Part shown: positions 17,019 through 25,781 of the stretch, one piece after another
Layout of the letters: each line of letters opens with the position of its first letter
Numbering within the stretch: position 1 is the stretch's first letter
From: an uncultured Actinomycetes bacterium
GTDB taxonomy: Bacteria > Actinomycetota > UBA4738 > JACQTL01
Length of the DNA stretch: 64,000 nucleotides
Reading direction: 5' to 3'
Assembly: GCA_963772375.1 (NCBI GenBank)
Contig: CAVYXG010000005.1
Location: forward strand, 557,339 to 621,338
The notes under the pieces: model-generated
What the model was told of the DNA's origin: nothing
Database searches by the model: none
Seen by the model: only the letters and a program-made list of their open reading frames with translations
Position numbers and translations under genes: made by a program

Positions 17019-18103
17019 CAGGGCCCTGCGGCCGGCTCCTCCGTCTCCGGCGGGGCGCGACGGACCGGTCGGTACTCGGGGAGCGTGACGGCCGGCGGGC
17101 GTTCCCTGATCGGGATGTCGGCGGTCTCGGGCCGGTAGCCGGCCGACTCCGGGACGAACTGACGCAGGACCGAGCCGAGGGGTTCCCGCACCTCCAGCCG
17201 CCCCAGCTCCTGGAGCTTCATCACCGCCGCCTCGAGCACGCCGAACGCCATCCGCCCGACGCTCTGCAGGGGGTGGTTGCGGTGGATGCGCTGGTCGAGG
17301 TCGACCTGCGCGATCGCGTCGAGCCCTGCGGTCCGGACGACGTCGACCAGGAGCCCCAGCTCGACGCCGTAGCCCGACAGGAACGGCACCGACTCCAGCA
17401 GCTCGCGCGTCCCGGCGTACTCGCCCGACAGCGGCTGGATCACCGCGGCCAGCTCGGGGAGGAACAGGTTCACGAGCGGCCGGGCCATGAGCTCGGTGAC
17501 CCGTCCGCCGCCGGTGGGAGCCAGCTCGGTCCCCTGCTGGATCGGCCGCTCGTAGAAGGCCTTCGTGAACCGCACGCCGTCGTCCAGCAGCAGCGGTCCC
17601 AGCAGCCCCCGGACGAACCGCGCGTCGAACTGCCGGATGTCCGCGTCGATGAAGCAGATCAGGTCGCCCTTGAGGACGAACAGCGACTTCCACATGGCGT
17701 CGCCCTTGCCGCCGTACGGTTCGAGCTGGGGGAGGATCTCGCCGTCCTGGTGCACGACGGCGCCGGCCTCGGCGGCCGCCACGGCCGTGCCGTCCTGCGA
17801 GGCCGAGTCGATGACGGCGATCTCGTCGACCAAAGGAACGGCCTCCACCAGCTCCTCGCGGATCGTGCGGACGATGGCGCCGACGGTGTCGGCCTCGTCC
17901 CTGGTCGGCAGGCAGACGCTGACCGTCAGGCCGCGTTCGTGCTTGCGGTCGGCGAGCAGCCCCGCGTCCGCGAATCGTGAGTGGTGGAACGTGTGGTCCG
18001 CGAACCACTCCCAGGGGTCCCTGGAGGTCGCCACGGGCCGATGATACCGCCGGGTTCCGAGCCCGGAGCGGTCCCGTACGCACCCGGGTTTCGGCCGGGG
18101 CAA
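17018..18103 (-). CDS. gpgS: Glucosyl-3-phosphoglycerate synthase (GT81)
   Basis: Collinear with mycobacterial GpgS: LTVSVCLPTRDEADTVGAIV...DEIAVIDSASQDGTA...GKGDAMWKSL...ICFIDADI...GGGRVTELMARPLVNLFLPELAAVIQPLSGEYAGTRELLESVPFLSGYGVELGLLVDVVRTAGLDAIAQVDL. Confidence 0.8.
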   Translation of the reverse strand: MPRPKPGCVRDRSGLGTRRYHRPVATSRDPWEWFADHTFHHSRFADAGLLADRKHERGLTVSVCLPTRDEADTVGAIVRTIREELVEAVPLVDEIAVIDSASQDGTAVAAAEAGAVVHQDGEILPQLEPYGGKGDAMWKSLFVLKGDLICFIDADIRQFDARFVRGLLGPLLLDDGVRFTKAFYERPIQQGTELAPTGGGRVTELMARPLVNLFLPELAAVIQPLSGEYAGTRELLESVPFLSGYGVELGLLVDVVRTAGLDAIAQVDLDQRIHRNHPLQSVGRMAFGVLEAAVMKLQELGRLEVREPLGSVLRQFVPESAGYRPETADIPIRERPPAVTLPEYRPVRRAPPETEEPAAGP

Positions 18104-18163
18104 CGGGACGGCCGGCGGGCCGGATGTGCGACACTATCCGGGTCGGAACGGATCGGTGAGGCC

Positions 18164-18709
18164 ATGTTCAGGGTCGCGCAAAAGACCGAATACGCGCTCC
18201 GGGCGATGACCGAGCTGGCCCTGCGGAAGGACGCGGGGCTGGTGGCCGCCCGCGAGATCGCCGAGGCCCAGCACATCCCGCTGCGGTTCCTCGAGCAGCA
18301 GCTCGGCACGCTGCACAAGGCCGGGCTGGTGGAGAGCTTCCGGGGTGCCGGCGGCGGGTGCCGCCTGTCCCGCGACCCGGCCGAGATCCGCGTCGCGGAC
18401 GTGGTCGACGCGATCGAGGGCTCGATGTATCCGATGTTCTGCCTCAACCCCGAGGACCACACCTGCTCGCAGGACGCCGCGTGCGGGCTGCAGGAGCTGT
18501 GGGGCGACGTGCGGGTGGCGGTCCGTTCGGTGTTCGAACGGACCACGCTGGCCGACCTGGCCGAACGCCACCGCGGGTTCTCCGCGCGGCCGCCGATGTG
18601 GGCGCCGGCCGACCTCATCCGTCCCCCGGCGACTGCCTCGTCCCCGAACTCGCCGCGTCTTCAGACCGGCACGGACTCCAGGCCGAGGGTCACGAGCATC
18701 CGTTCGTAG
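18164..18709 (+). CDS. Rrf2-family transcriptional regulator with three-Cys putative Fe-S ligand motif (IscR/NsrR-like)
   Basis: MFRVAQKTEYALRAMTELA wHTH N-terminus. Cys cluster MFCLNPEDHTCSQDAACG (C-x7-C-x5-C). Divergent from gpgS with a 60-bp intergenic region. Confidence 0.75.
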   Translation: MFRVAQKTEYALRAMTELALRKDAGLVAAREIAEAQHIPLRFLEQQLGTLHKAGLVESFRGAGGGCRLSRDPAEIRVADVVDAIEGSMYPMFCLNPEDHTCSQDAACGLQELWGDVRVAVRSVFERTTLADLAERHRGFSARPPMWAPADLIRPPATASSPNSPRLQTGTDSRPRVTSIRS

Positions 18710-19242
18710 ACCTCGTCCTCGTCGCCCGAGGAGTCCACAACGGCGAGCCGGTCGGCGTAATGACGTCGAATGGCCGGTGCCTCGCGCTGGTAGTCCTCCA
18801 ACCGGTGCAGGAACACCTCGGGCGAGTCGTCGCCGCGGTGCTCGTGCTCCGCGCGGAGGAACATCCGTGCGCACAGCGTCGCCTCGTCGAGCGTGAGCTC
18901 GATGGCGCGGTCCGGCCGGCGACCGTCGAGCAGCAGGTCGAGTCGTTCGGCCTGCCGGCTCGTGCGCGGGTACCCGTCGAGGAGGAATGCGTCGCCGAGC
19001 GCAGGCGTCAGCACCGCCTCCACGACCTCGTCGGGGACGCGCCGGCCCTCGGCGATCAGGGGCGCGACGCCGTGCGGGTCGCCCCGCTCGAGGGTTCGGC
19101 GGAGCAGCGCGCCTGTCGAGATGTGCGGGATCCCGAGGTGGGCGGCGAGCCGCTTGCCCTGGGTGCCCTTGCCCGACGCGGGCGGGCCGAGGATCACGAG
19201 TCGACGCAGGTGGGCCGCTCTGGATCCGTTCTCGCTCCCCAT
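18661..19242 (-). CDS. adk: Adenylate kinase, short (lid-less) form
   Basis: P-loop LVILGPPASGKGTQ, HISTGALLR NMP-binding, LLDGYPRTSRQAERLD, RGDDSPEVFLHRLEDY. ATG at 19242 preferred over the upstream 19278. Confidence 0.75.
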   Translation of the reverse strand: MGSENGSRAAHLRRLVILGPPASGKGTQGKRLAAHLGIPHISTGALLRRTLERGDPHGVAPLIAEGRRVPDEVVEAVLTPALGDAFLLDGYPRTSRQAERLDLLLDGRRPDRAIELTLDEATLCARMFLRAEHEHRGDDSPEVFLHRLEDYQREAPAIRRHYADRLAVVDSSGDEDEVYERMLVTLGLESVPV

Positions 19243-19339
19243 GAGGGGAGTTTCCCTGTCCCGCCCGTCCCTCGGCAACCAGTGACAGTCCCACTGCCTG
19301 CGGGCCGAAGGCCCTCTGCGGGCGCGAACGGCTCGCCGG

Positions 19340-21445
19340 CTACGCGTCCCACAACCCGGCCAGGAACCGGTCCACGCCCGCGGCCGCGGGGCCGTTCCCC
19401 GGAACCCCGGCGCCGTCGTCGCGTTCGTCGGGGTCGAGCCCCGCGGAGTCGAAGCGTTCCAGGACGTGGGGCGGGAGGAACCGCGTCAGTTGCGAGTATG
19501 TGTGGGCGTCCTCGCCGGCCCGCCCCCGCGGCCGCCGGTAGAACCGCAGCGGGAAGTACACGTACAGCGCGTCGCGAGCCCGGGTCAGCGCCACGTAGAA
19601 CAGGCGGCGTTCCTCCTCGATCTCCTCGGACCTCCCGGTGGCCATGTCGGACGGGATCATCCCGTCGGCCGCATGGATGACGTGCACGACGTCCCACTCG
19701 CCGCCCTTGGCCGAGTGGATGGTGGACAGGACGACGTAGTCCTCGTCGAGCAGCGGCGGCCCGGCCAGGTCGCTCGTGGACGACGGCGGGTCGAGGGCCA
19801 GCTCGGCCAGCAGCCGGGCCCGTGCTGGGAACCTGGACGCCAGTGCCTCGAGCTGCTCCAGGTCGCGGAGCCGCGCGGCCGCCGAGTCGTACCGCCGGGC
19901 GAACACCGGCTCGAGGAACCGCCGCAACCGCTCGACCTGCACGGCCGCCGGCGGGTCGCCCTCGCTGCACTCGGCCAGTGCCGTCCGGAGGGACTCCAGC
20001 TCGAGCCCCGCGGCGGCCGGCGCGGGCGGCTGCGAGGCGAGGAACCGCGCGAGGGGCAGCCGTCGTCCGTCTTCCTCCGCGGGAGCCCCGTCGTGGTCGG
20101 TTCCGGGCGCCCCGAGCCCGATCGCCGCCATCGCCCGCCGGGCCGAGGCCGGGCCCATCCCCTCGGGCAGCTGCAGGACGCGGAACCACGCCACCTCGTC
20201 GAGGGGGTTCTCGATCACACGGAGCAGCGCGAGGACGTCCTTCACGTGGGCCGATTCCATGAACTTCATCCCGCCGTACTTCACGAACGGGATGTTCCGG
20301 TGGGCGAGCTCCACCTCCAGCAGGTCGCTGTGGTGGCCGGTCCGGAACAGCACGGCCTGGTGACGGAGCGGAACGCCGCGTTCGCGGTGCTCGAGGATCC
20401 GCCGGCACACCTCGTCGCACTGTTCGGCCTCGTCGCGGCACCGCACCAGCCGCGGCCGCTCGCCGGACGGGCGGTCGGACCACAGCGTCTTGTCGTGGCG
20501 CTGGGGCGATTTCGAGATCACCGCGTTGGTGGCGTCGAGGATCGGCTGGGTCGAGCGGTAGTTCTGCTCCAACTTCACGACCCGTGCGCCGGGAAACCGC
20601 TCCGGGAACTCCAGGATGTTCCGCACGGTCGCCGCCCGGAACCCGTAGATGGCCTGCGCGTCGTCGCCGACCACGGTGACGTTCTTCACCACGCGGTGCA
20701 TGGCGAGCAGGACGTCGGCCTGCAGCGCGTTGGTGTCCTGGTACTCGTCGACCAGCACGTGGTCGAACCGCGACGCCATGTGGGGCCCGGCCTCGGGGTC
20801 CTCCGCCAGCGCGCGCCAGTACACGAGGAGGTCGTCGTAGTCGAGGACCAGGTGTTCGCGCTTGCGGGCCGTGTAGGAGCGGAACACCTCGCGGATGCCG
20901 TCGGCCTCGCCGGCGCACCACGGGAAGTGGACGCGGAGCACCTCCGAGAGCGGCTGGCCGGCGTTCACCACGCGGGAATGGATCGCGGCGAGCGTCTCCT
21001 TGCGGGGGAACCGCCGCTCGCGCGCGGCCAGGCCGAGGTCGCTGCGGATGAGGTTCATGAGGTCGGCGCCGTCGCCCTGGTCGAGCACGGTGAAGTCGGG
21101 CGCCAGGCCGAGCGGCCGCGCGTACAGCCGCAGCAGCCGGTTGGCCACCGCGTGGAACGTCCCTCCCCACACCCGGCCGGCTGGGGGACGGCCGTCGTGC
21201 AGGAGGCGTTCGGCTCTCGACAGCATCTCGCGCGCGGCCCGCCGGCTGAACGTCAGCAGCAGGATCCGCTGGGGCGGCACACCGTCGTCGATCAGCCGTG
21301 CCACCCGGCAGGCCAGCGTCCACGTCTTGCCCGACCCCGCGCCCGCGACCACCAGCAGCGGCCCGCGGCCGTGCGTCACGGCCTCCCGCTGGGGGGCGTT
21401 GAGCGTGTCCAGCCAATGGCCTTCGAGGGTCCGTGTCGGCGTCAA
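19340..21445 (-). CDS. ATP-dependent DNA helicase, UvrD/PcrA/Rep family
   Basis: LNAPQREAVTHGRGPLLVVAGAGSGKT (motif I), VLVDEYQDTNALQ (motif II), later helicase motifs, C-terminal VVLSTIHSAKGGEWDVVHV...LFYVALTRARDALYV. TTG start at 21445 preceded by GGGAGCGGG SD. The longer 836-aa ORF is an over-extension. Confidence 0.8.
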   Translation of the reverse strand: MTPTRTLEGHWLDTLNAPQREAVTHGRGPLLVVAGAGSGKTWTLACRVARLIDDGVPPQRILLLTFSRRAAREMLSRAERLLHDGRPPAGRVWGGTFHAVANRLLRLYARPLGLAPDFTVLDQGDGADLMNLIRSDLGLAARERRFPRKETLAAIHSRVVNAGQPLSEVLRVHFPWCAGEADGIREVFRSYTARKREHLVLDYDDLLVYWRALAEDPEAGPHMASRFDHVLVDEYQDTNALQADVLLAMHRVVKNVTVVGDDAQAIYGFRAATVRNILEFPERFPGARVVKLEQNYRSTQPILDATNAVISKSPQRHDKTLWSDRPSGERPRLVRCRDEAEQCDEVCRRILEHRERGVPLRHQAVLFRTGHHSDLLEVELAHRNIPFVKYGGMKFMESAHVKDVLALLRVIENPLDEVAWFRVLQLPEGMGPASARRAMAAIGLGAPGTDHDGAPAEEDGRRLPLARFLASQPPAPAAAGLELESLRTALAECSEGDPPAAVQVERLRRFLEPVFARRYDSAAARLRDLEQLEALASRFPARARLLAELALDPPSSTSDLAGPPLLDEDYVVLSTIHSAKGGEWDVVHVIHAADGMIPSDMATGRSEEIEEERRLFYVALTRARDALYVYFPLRFYRRPRGRAGEDAHTYSQLTRFLPPHVLERFDSAGLDPDERDDGAGVPGNGPAAAGVDRFLAGLWDA

Positions 21446-21548
21446 AGCCCGCTCCCGTGTTCCGAACAGGTGTTCGAGTATAGGAGTCGCGCCCGTCGGA
21501 GGGAAGCACTCCACTCCGACAGCTCGGCCTCGGTAGGCTGCCGGAGCG

Positions 21549-22838
21549 ATGTCCGGCACGAACGGCGACGGGAACGGCGTGGCGAACAGGACCGCGAAGC
21601 AACGGGTCCTCCGCGTCCTGCAGATCGCGCTGTTCCCGGCGATCGCGATCGGCGTGTTCGTCGGGATCCTCCCGCGCATCGCCGACCTCGACCAGGTGTG
21701 GGGCGTCATCGCGGCGCTGTCGCCGTTCGAGATCGCCGTCCTCGTGGTGCTCGCGCTGTGGAACCTCGTCACGTACTGGCCGATGCTCGTCGCGGCCATG
21801 CCCGGACTCACGCTCGGCCAGGCCGCCGTGGTGTGCCAGACCACGACCACGGTGGCGATGACGGTGCCGGCCGGGGGGGCGATCGCGGTCGGCCTCGGCT
21901 ACACGATCTACGCCTCGTGGGGATTCACGGTGCCCGAGGTGGCCCTGTCGGCGATGGCGACGTTCGCCGTGAACATGTCGTTCAAGCTCCTGCTGCCGGC
22001 GATCTCGCTCGCCCTGCTCGCCCTCACCGGCCAGGCAGGCGGCGACGGGCTGCCGGCCGCGCTCGCCGGGGTCGCCGTGTTCGTGGCGACGTTCGCGGTG
22101 CTCGCCTTCGCCCTGCGGAGCGAGTCGTTCGCCCGCCGGATCGGCAGGGCCGCCGGAGGGGCCGCGCGCGTGGTGGTGCGCTCGGACGGCCGCCGGGCCG
22201 CCGCGGCCACGTGGGGCGAGTCGGCCGTGCGGTTCCGTGATCGCGTCGTCGGGCTGTTCCGGACCCGGGGCTGGATGCTCGCCGCAGCCGAGGTGGTGAG
22301 CCAGCTCTCGGTGTTCCTCGTGCTGCTGGCGTCGGTCCGGTTCACCGGGACGCCCGACGGCGTGGTGAGCTGGACGGAGGTGCTGGCGGTGTTCGCGTTC
22401 GTCCGGCTGGCCACCGCGATGCCGATCATCCCCGGGAACGTGGGGCTCGCCGAGCTCGGCTACATCGGCGGCCTGGTGCTGGCCGGGGGGGCCCGACCGG
22501 CCTCAGTGGCGGCGGTGCTGGTCTTCCGGTTCCTGACCTTCTTCGCGCAGATCCCGGTCGGCGGCATCACCTACGTCGTGTGGCAGCGCCGAACCTCCTG
22601 GCGCCGCCCGCCGGGACGCGCCCGGGAGCAGGACGGCCAGCGGCCGGAACCGCTCGGCGATGCCTCGGCCGACCCGGCGGAGCATGAAGGGCACCCGTCG
22701 CAGGACGCTCCCCACGTACGCGAGCGCCGCGGCGGCCAGGGCGAACCACGGCCGGTCGACCAGGCACAGCACGGCGACGATCGACAGGCGCACGTCGCGG
22801 CTGCCGAGCAGCACGAGGAACGGTCGCCGGCCGGTTGA
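21549..22838 (+). CDS. UPF0104/lysylphosphatidylglycerol-synthase-TM-like (flippase-like) integral membrane protein; 3' end uncertain
   Basis: Eight hydrophobic helices with the conserved ...LVLLASVRFTGTPDGVVSWTEVLAVFAFVRLATAMPIIPGNVGLAELGYIGGLVLAGG... core. The stop-free tail overlaps the convergent IPCT/DIPPS gene by 336 nt. Confidence 0.6.
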   Translation: MSGTNGDGNGVANRTAKQRVLRVLQIALFPAIAIGVFVGILPRIADLDQVWGVIAALSPFEIAVLVVLALWNLVTYWPMLVAAMPGLTLGQAAVVCQTTTTVAMTVPAGGAIAVGLGYTIYASWGFTVPEVALSAMATFAVNMSFKLLLPAISLALLALTGQAGGDGLPAALAGVAVFVATFAVLAFALRSESFARRIGRAAGGAARVVVRSDGRRAAAATWGESAVRFRDRVVGLFRTRGWMLAAAEVVSQLSVFLVLLASVRFTGTPDGVVSWTEVLAVFAFVRLATAMPIIPGNVGLAELGYIGGLVLAGGARPASVAAVLVFRFLTFFAQIPVGGITYVVWQRRTSWRRPPGRAREQDGQRPEPLGDASADPAEHEGHPSQDAPHVRERRGGQGEPRPVDQAQHGDDRQAHVAAAEQHEERSPAG

Positions 22839-24107
22839 CGGCACCTCGAACACCTGAAACGGCTTGCGAACGGCGAGGTGGATCAACGGCCACGCCACGG
22901 CCGTCACGGCGATGACCACCGTACGGAACGTCCGCGTCGGGTCGTCCCACAGCCAGAGCGCCACGCCGGCCACGATCACCGCGTCCACCATCCGGTCGAG
23001 CAGGTCGTCGAGCAGGGCGCCCCGCTCCGTCGCCCGCCACTGCAGCCGCGCGGTCTCCCCGTCGACGCCGTCGAGGATCGACGCGGCCTGCACGAAGATG
23101 CCGCCGACGACCGCCCGCGACGCCGACAACGACCACGCCGCCCACAGCCCCACCAGTGCGGTGAACATCGAGAACGCCGCCGGCGGGATGCGGGCCGGCG
23201 CGAGCGCCATGGTGATCCGCGTCGAGATCGGTCGGTTGACGAACTTCGAGACCGGCCCATCCACCGGCTTGGCGAGCGAGAGGCGGAGCCGGTGCCTGGC
23301 GGCGCGGAGGTCGTACGGCGTGTCGACGTCCTGCCACCAGCCGCCGTCGGGCAGGTGGACCGCACGGATCGGCCCCATTCGGCCGAGCGCCGTCACGGCC
23401 CCCGCCAGGGAGTGGTCACCCCGCGCCGAGGTCACCCGGTAGGCGTCGAACACCCGCCGGTCCAACAGGAACGCCCCGCAGTCGATCGCCGGGTCGGGGA
23501 GCGCCTTGCCGAACGCCCGGACCCGGCCGCGGTCGATCGCGACCCGGGTTCCCTCGGCCCAGGCCTCCGGCGAGGGATCCTCGTCGATCAGGACGGCCGG
23601 CCCGACCGACTGCCCGAGGGGCCAGAGCGCCCCTCGGGAGAACGCATGGTCGCCGCACACCAGCAGGAAGGCGGGCTCCCCGGCCAGCCGGTGTTCCCCG
23701 GCCGCCAGCGAGGCCCCGTTGCCGGCCTCCCAGTCGGACGCGTGGACGACCTCGACGTCGCCGCCCGCCAGGCGGGCGGCGTTCCCGACCTCTTCGCCCT
23801 GATAGCCCACCACGACCAGCACGCGGTCGACACCGGCGTCGCGGAGCGTCCTGACGGCCCGTTCGACCAGGGGGACGCCGCCCAGCGGCAGCAGGGCTTT
23901 CGAGCTGCCCTTGGTGATCCCGGAGAGGCGCTCGGAACGCCCCGCGGCCAGCACGACACCGACGCGGGGGGGAGGACCGCGGTCGGGGACCGATCGCGGG
24001 GATCGGGAGTCGGACGATGAACGGATGGTGGCCCCCTCCTGGTTCTCCCGGATCAACGAAGCATGACGGCGCGGTGTTCCCATGACAAACGGGAACCTGC
24101 CCTCCAC
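22503..24107 (-). CDS. Bifunctional CTP:inositol-1-phosphate cytidylyltransferase / CDP-alcohol phosphatidyltransferase (IPCT/DIPPS-like; di-myo-inositol-phosphate-type solute synthase); both ends approximate
   Basis: N-terminal MobA-like NTP-transferase VGVVLAAGRSERLSGITKGSSKALLPLGGVPLVERAV...ASDWEAGNGASL...LLVCGDH. C-terminal CDP-OH_P_transf motif ASILDGVDGETARLQWRATERGALLDDLLDRMVDAV with flanking TM helices. This is the fused architecture known from Rubrobacter, Archaeoglobus, Thermotoga and Aquifex. Confidence 0.7.
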   Translation of the reverse strand: MEGRFPFVMGTPRRHASLIRENQEGATIRSSSDSRSPRSVPDRGPPPRVGVVLAAGRSERLSGITKGSSKALLPLGGVPLVERAVRTLRDAGVDRVLVVVGYQGEEVGNAARLAGGDVEVVHASDWEAGNGASLAAGEHRLAGEPAFLLVCGDHAFSRGALWPLGQSVGPAVLIDEDPSPEAWAEGTRVAIDRGRVRAFGKALPDPAIDCGAFLLDRRVFDAYRVTSARGDHSLAGAVTALGRMGPIRAVHLPDGGWWQDVDTPYDLRAARHRLRLSLAKPVDGPVSKFVNRPISTRITMALAPARIPPAAFSMFTALVGLWAAWSLSASRAVVGGIFVQAASILDGVDGETARLQWRATERGALLDDLLDRMVDAVIVAGVALWLWDDPTRTFRTVVIAVTAVAWPLIHLAVRKPFQVFEVPSTGRRPFLVLLGSRDVRLSIVAVLCLVDRPWFALAAAALAYVGSVLRRVPFMLRRVGRGIAERFRPLAVLLPGASRRAAPGGSALPHDVGDAADRDLREEGQEPEDQHRRH

Positions 24108-24129
24108 GTGCTCGTTCGAAGCATCCGGG

Positions 24130-24699
24130 TCAGGTCCGCGAGGCCTCCCACGCCCGCCGGAACAGGGAGGCGAGCTCGGGCACCTGGAAGTGGGCGTTGA
24201 GCCCGCTCGGGTTGGGCAGGAGCCACACCGGCGCCCCGGCCAGGTCGCCGCGCTGCGGCCCCACGACCGCCCTCGGGCGCTCGAACGCCGTCCGGTACGC
24301 GGTGAGGCCGAGGAACGCTACCATCCGCGGCTCGGTTCGGCGGACCCTGCGCTCGAGACGCCGCGCGCCGGCTCGGAGCTCCCCGGTCGTGATGCGGTCG
24401 GCCGTGGCGGTGGCCCGTTCCACGATGTTCGTGATGCCGACGCCCGCCGCGAGCAGCTCCCGTTCCTCGAACGGCGACAGCAGGCGGCCCGTGATGCCGG
24501 CGGTGTGCAGCACCGGCCAGAACCGGTTCCCGGGCCGCGCGAAGTGGTGGCCGACGGCGCCCGAGTACAGCCCGGGGTTGATGCCGACGAACAGCAGCCG
24601 GAGCCGGGGCGCGAGCACGTCGGGGACCGTGGCATCCTCCGCCGCCGCGATCTGGGCCTTCGTTGGCTTCCAGGGCTCGGTGGGGGAGGGGCGGGGCAT
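24130..24699 (-). CDS. mug: G/U mismatch-specific DNA glycosylase (Mug/TDG, UDG family 2)
   Basis: [33 protein letters not shown] and [12 protein letters not shown], the family-2 UDG motifs. Confidence 0.8.
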   Translation of the reverse strand: MPRPSPTEPWKPTKAQIAAAEDATVPDVLAPRLRLLFVGINPGLYSGAVGHHFARPGNRFWPVLHTAGITGRLLSPFEERELLAAGVGITNIVERATATADRITTGELRAGARRLERRVRRTEPRMVAFLGLTAYRTAFERPRAVVGPQRGDLAGAPVWLLPNPSGLNAHFQVPELASLFRRAWEASRT

Positions 24700-24728
24700 G
24701 GTGGGACCGAGGCTACAGTGGGTTCCCC

Positions 24729-25625
24729 ATGCCGGAGCTTCCCGAGGTCCAGGCGCTGGCCGAGCGGCTCGACGAGCTGCTGGCCGGCGCGCCGTTCACG
24801 GGGGCGGTGCCGTTCGCCTTCTCGGCGTTGAAGACGTTCGACCCCCCGCCGGAGTCGCTCCTCGGGCAGGCCGTGGGCTCGGTCGGACGCCGCGGGAAGT
24901 TCCTGGTGGTGGAATTCGACGCCGCGGGGGGACTCCCGGACGACGACGAGTCGGAGTTCCATGCGGTGGCCGACGCCGGTCGGGGGCCACGGCTGCTCGT
25001 CCACCTGTCGCAGGCGGGACGGCCCGAGATCGAACCCACGCCCAAGACCACCAAGCCCCGCGGAGCGGTGGTGCGGTTCCGGTTCCGGGACCGCCCGGCG
25101 GTGCTGATCAAGGAGTACGGCACGGAGCGCAAGGCCGGATGGTGGGTGCTCGGGCCCGGCGATCCGGGGCCGCTGGCCGCGCTGGGACCGGAGCCCGACT
25201 CCGCGGAGTTCGCGGCGCTCGTCCGCACCGGCGGCGACCGTCGCCGGATCCACACCCTGCTTCGCGACCAGCACACGATCGCGGGCATCGGCCGTGGCTA
25301 CTCGGACGACATCCTGCACCGGGCCCGGCTCTCGCCGTACGCGACGCTTGGTTCGCTCTCCGACGATCAGCGCGAGGAGCTGCTGGCGTCGATCCTCGCC
25401 GTGCTCGAGGAGGCCCTCGCCGTCGAACGCCGCCGGACCGGCGGGCTCCCGCCGAAGCTCGGCGACCACTTCACGGTCCACGCCCGGTACGGGACGCCGT
25501 GTCCCCGATGCGGCGAGGACCTCCGTCGCGTGTCGTACGAGTCCCACGAGGTCGCGTACTGCCCGAACTGCCAGACTGGCGGGAAGATCCTGGCCGACCG
25601 CCGGCTGAGCCGCCTCCTGAAGTAG
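24729..25625 (+). CDS. Formamidopyrimidine-DNA glycosylase / endonuclease VIII family (Fpg/Nei)
   Basis: N-terminal MPELPEV (catalytic Pro2, Glu3), H2TH region, C-terminal zinc finger CPRCG...CPNCQ. ATG at 24729 is only 29 bp from the divergent mug start. Confidence 0.85.
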   Translation: MPELPEVQALAERLDELLAGAPFTGAVPFAFSALKTFDPPPESLLGQAVGSVGRRGKFLVVEFDAAGGLPDDDESEFHAVADAGRGPRLLVHLSQAGRPEIEPTPKTTKPRGAVVRFRFRDRPAVLIKEYGTERKAGWWVLGPGDPGPLAALGPEPDSAEFAALVRTGGDRRRIHTLLRDQHTIAGIGRGYSDDILHRARLSPYATLGSLSDDQREELLASILAVLEEALAVERRRTGGLPPKLGDHFTVHARYGTPCPRCGEDLRRVSYESHEVAYCPNCQTGGKILADRRLSRLLK

Positions 25626-25762
25626 CCGTCCGCCGATCGCCGACCGGCCGTGGTGGACGCGGGCCCGGACCGTGCTCGTCGACGTCACGCCGCTGGGGCG
25701 GTCCCGGCAGTTCCGGCTGAATGTGGATAGGGCAATCGGTATGACGCCCGGAACCCGACGCC

Positions 25763-25781
25763 GTAGTCTGCTTCGGACTAC
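25763..25781. terminator. Short hairpin (GTAGTC-tgcttcg-GACTAC) between convergent fpg and hydrolase genes
   Basis: Perfect 6-bp stem with 7-nt loop overlapping the hydrolase stop codon. No U-tract. Confidence 0.25.

Noticed and set aside
16182-18134. 650-aa ORF reported as one protein
   Set aside because: Only its last 278 codons (from ATG 17018) are the HAD phosphatase. The upstream part is an Arg-rich alternate frame of gpgS.
19194-22240. 802-aa minus and 924-aa plus ORFs overlapping the UvrD-family helicase
   Set aside because: No helicase or other motifs, extreme Arg/Gly bias. The helicase frame carries Walker A/B and is preferred.
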